Shown: positions 60,888 through 62,754 of the stretch, in pieces
Layout of the letters: each line of letters starts with the position of its first letter
Position numbering within the stretch: position 1 is the stretch's first letter
From: an uncultured Muribaculaceae bacterium
Lineage (GTDB): Bacteria; Bacillota_I; Bacilli_A; RF39; UBA660
DNA length: 62,754 bases
NCBI GenBank assembly: GCA_964428195.1
Contig: CAYRXC010000001.1
Coordinates: forward strand, 1 to 62,754
Direction: 5' to 3'
Translations under genes and position numbers: made by a program
The notes under the pieces: model-generated
What the model saw: the letters and a program-made list of their open reading frames with translations, nothing else
The model's database searches: none
What the model was told of the DNA's origin: nothing

Positions 60888-62750
60888 ATGAAATACAGCA
60901 AAGAAAAACGAAAGGCACTGACACCATATTTAATATTAAGTGTATTTATAGTTTTATTATTATTATTTTCTAATTTTTTTAATAATAAGATAAACGTATT
61001 AACTTATGATGAGTTTGATAAAAGTTTTAGTAAAGGTCTAGTTGAAGAAATAACTATAATACCTAGAGATTCTGCTAAAATTTATGAAATTACTGGAAGA
61101 CTAAAGGACTACAAAGAAAATGAAACATTTACTACTAAAGCTCCTTTATCAGATGCGGTAATCAATAAAATATTTGAAAGTGAAAAAGAACTTGAAATCG
61201 TAACAAAAGCCGATCCGGAATCTGGAACGTTTTGGCTATTAATAGTGAATATATTGCCAATATTAATGTTATTGGGAGTAACTTTCTACTTTTTTTCAAA
61301 ACAAATGGGAGGGGCAGCAGGAAGCAAATCTTTTGATTTTGGAAAGAGTAAAGCAAAGTTAAACCAAGATAGTTCAAAAGTTACTTTTAAAGAAGTAGCT
61401 GGGTTAGATGAAGAAAAAGAAGAAGTAGCCGAATTAATAGATTTTTTAAAGAATCCCAAAAAATTTCAAAAAATGGGTGCTAGAATACCAAAAGGAGTTC
61501 TATTGGTTGGGCCTCCTGGGACTGGAAAAACTTTATTAGCAAAAGCTATTGCTGGCGAAGCGGCAGTACCATTTTATTTTATTAGTGGTTCTGATTTTGT
61601 AGAACTATTTGTAGGAATTGGGGCATCTAGAGTAAGAGATATGTTTAAAGAAGCAAAGCAAACTGCTCCTTGTTTGATATTTATAGATGAAATCGATGCA
61701 GTTGGTCGACAAAGAGGAACCGGTTTAGGCGGTGGACACGATGAGAGAGAACAAACTTTAAACCAATTATTAACTGAAATGGATGGCTTTGGTGCAAACG
61801 AGGGAATAATAATTATAGCTGCAACAAATAGACCAGATGTTTTGGATCCTGCATTATTAAGACCGGGAAGATTTGATAGACAAATTGTTGTGAATTTTCC
61901 TGATGCTAAAGGTAGAGAAGAAATACTTGAAGTTCATGCTAAAAACAAAATATTGGCGCCTTCAGTTAAGTTGAAAAATATTGCTAAAAGAACTGTTGGA
62001 TTTAGTGGAGCAGATTTAGAAAACTTATTAAACGAAGCAGCGTTACTTACAGTTAGAAGAAATAAACAAGCAATTACAATGTCTGAAATAGACGAAGCTA
62101 CTGATAGAGTATTAATGGGACCAGCGAAAAAAAGTAGAAAGTATAACGATAACGACAAAAAATTGACGGCATATCACGAAGCGGGTCATGTTGTTTTGGG
62201 CCTAAAATTAAGCGATGCTAATGATGTTCAAAAAGTAACAATAATACCAAGAGGATATGCGGGCGGATATACTATGATGGGTCCAAAGGAAGAAAGATTC
62301 ACTATGACTAAAAACGAGTTATTAGAAAAGATATCTGGTTTGTTGGGCGGAAGAGTAGCGGAAGAAATTGAATTTGGAGAAATAACAACTGGAGCTCAAG
62401 ATGATCTATCTAAGGCAACAAAAATTGCTAGAGCAATGGTTACGGAATATGGAATGAGTGAATTAGGATTACTTCATTTAGAACAATCCGATGAGGGGGT
62501 CTTCTTGGGAAGGGATTATACAAAGTCAAGACATATTTCTAATGAAGTTGCTCATGAAATAGATAAAGAAATGAGAAGGATAATCGATAGTTGTCATGAA
62601 AAAGCAACAAAAATTATGAAGGAAAATAAGAAATTATTGGATTTAATTGCAAACACATTGTTAGAAAAAGAAACCTTAACAATGGAAGAAATAGATTATT
62701 TAGTTGAACATAATTCATTAGAAGGTTATGAAGAAAAAGAAAACAAGTAG
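60888..62750 (+). CDS. ftsH: ATP-dependent zinc metalloprotease FtsH
   Basis: Two TM helices, AAA+ [11 protein letters not shown] motif and HEAGH zinc site. Confidence 0.97.
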   Translation: MKYSKEKRKALTPYLILSVFIVLLLLFSNFFNNKINVLTYDEFDKSFSKGLVEEITIIPRDSAKIYEITGRLKDYKENETFTTKAPLSDAVINKIFESEKELEIVTKADPESGTFWLLIVNILPILMLLGVTFYFFSKQMGGAAGSKSFDFGKSKAKLNQDSSKVTFKEVAGLDEEKEEVAELIDFLKNPKKFQKMGARIPKGVLLVGPPGTGKTLLAKAIAGEAAVPFYFISGSDFVELFVGIGASRVRDMFKEAKQTAPCLIFIDEIDAVGRQRGTGLGGGHDEREQTLNQLLTEMDGFGANEGIIIIAATNRPDVLDPALLRPGRFDRQIVVNFPDAKGREEILEVHAKNKILAPSVKLKNIAKRTVGFSGADLENLLNEAALLTVRRNKQAITMSEIDEATDRVLMGPAKKSRKYNDNDKKLTAYHEAGHVVLGLKLSDANDVQKVTIIPRGYAGGYTMMGPKEERFTMTKNELLEKISGLLGGRVAEEIEFGEITTGAQDDLSKATKIARAMVTEYGMSELGLLHLEQSDEGVFLGRDYTKSRHISNEVAHEIDKEMRRIIDSCHEKATKIMKENKKLLDLIANTLLEKETLTMEEIDYLVEHNSLEGYEEKENK

Positions 62751-62754
62751 AAAT

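Noticed and set aside
1-62754. The low GC content and reduced gene content suggested a Mollicutes-type genetic code (TGA = Trp).
   Set aside because: Conserved genes end at TGA (for example mfd at 41691..41693 and sigH at 48392..48394). All conserved ORFs are intact under the standard code, with Trp encoded by TGG.
1-62754. I searched for mobile elements, prophage remnants, toxin-antitoxin pairs and defence systems.
   Set aside because: I recognised no transposase, integrase, recombinase, restriction-modification, Cas or abortive-infection-like proteins. No terminal inverted repeats flank the accessory genes.

Overview
This window is the replication-origin neighbourhood of a very AT-rich Bacillota-type chromosome. 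It uses the standard genetic code: TGA is used as a stop and Trp is TGG. The gene content looks reduced, but any taxon assignment is inference only. A strict strand switch marks oriC. All 27 CDS and one tRNA left of about 23.3 kb are on the minus strand. All 37 CDS and the SRP RNA right of about 23.6 kb are on the plus strand. dnaA and rpmH diverge from an intergenic region that carries consensus DnaA boxes. Most of the window is conserved housekeeping. The left arm holds ung, rlmH, dnaB, rplI, hpf, tagO-like, rpiB, rpmE, murA, fba, prmC, prfA, rpoE, rsmG, mnmG, dnaN and dnaA. The right arm holds rpmH-rnpA-yidC-jag-mnmE, recF-gyrB-gyrA, ffs, tadA, dnaX-ybaB-recR, holB, ricT, pth, mfd, a Met T-box with metG, tatD, rsmA, spoVG, divIC-like, mrnC, rlmB, sigH-like, secE-nusG-rplKAJL, rpoBC, tilS and ftsH. 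I found no rRNA, CRISPR array, transposase or integrase. Five things stand out. (1) Just downstream of gyrA there is a perfect 16-bp Noc-binding site (NBS) with a 14/16 copy beside it, followed by five identical parS sites in a 40-bp tandem array. (2) The only ParB-family gene is Noc-like at its specificity positions. It lacks the Noc N-terminal helix, carries a roughly 250-aa low-complexity insertion, and has no ParA or Spo0J partner in the window. (3) Two orphan type IV pilin-like genes with Ig-like (DUF5011-type) C-terminal domains sit directly downstream of that gene. (4) The two origin-flanking gene blocks are swapped relative to the Bacillus layout, consistent with an oriC-centred inversion. 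(5) Two paralogous envelope proteins of unrecognised family, each with its own consensus promoter and terminator, are inserted between prmC and fba.
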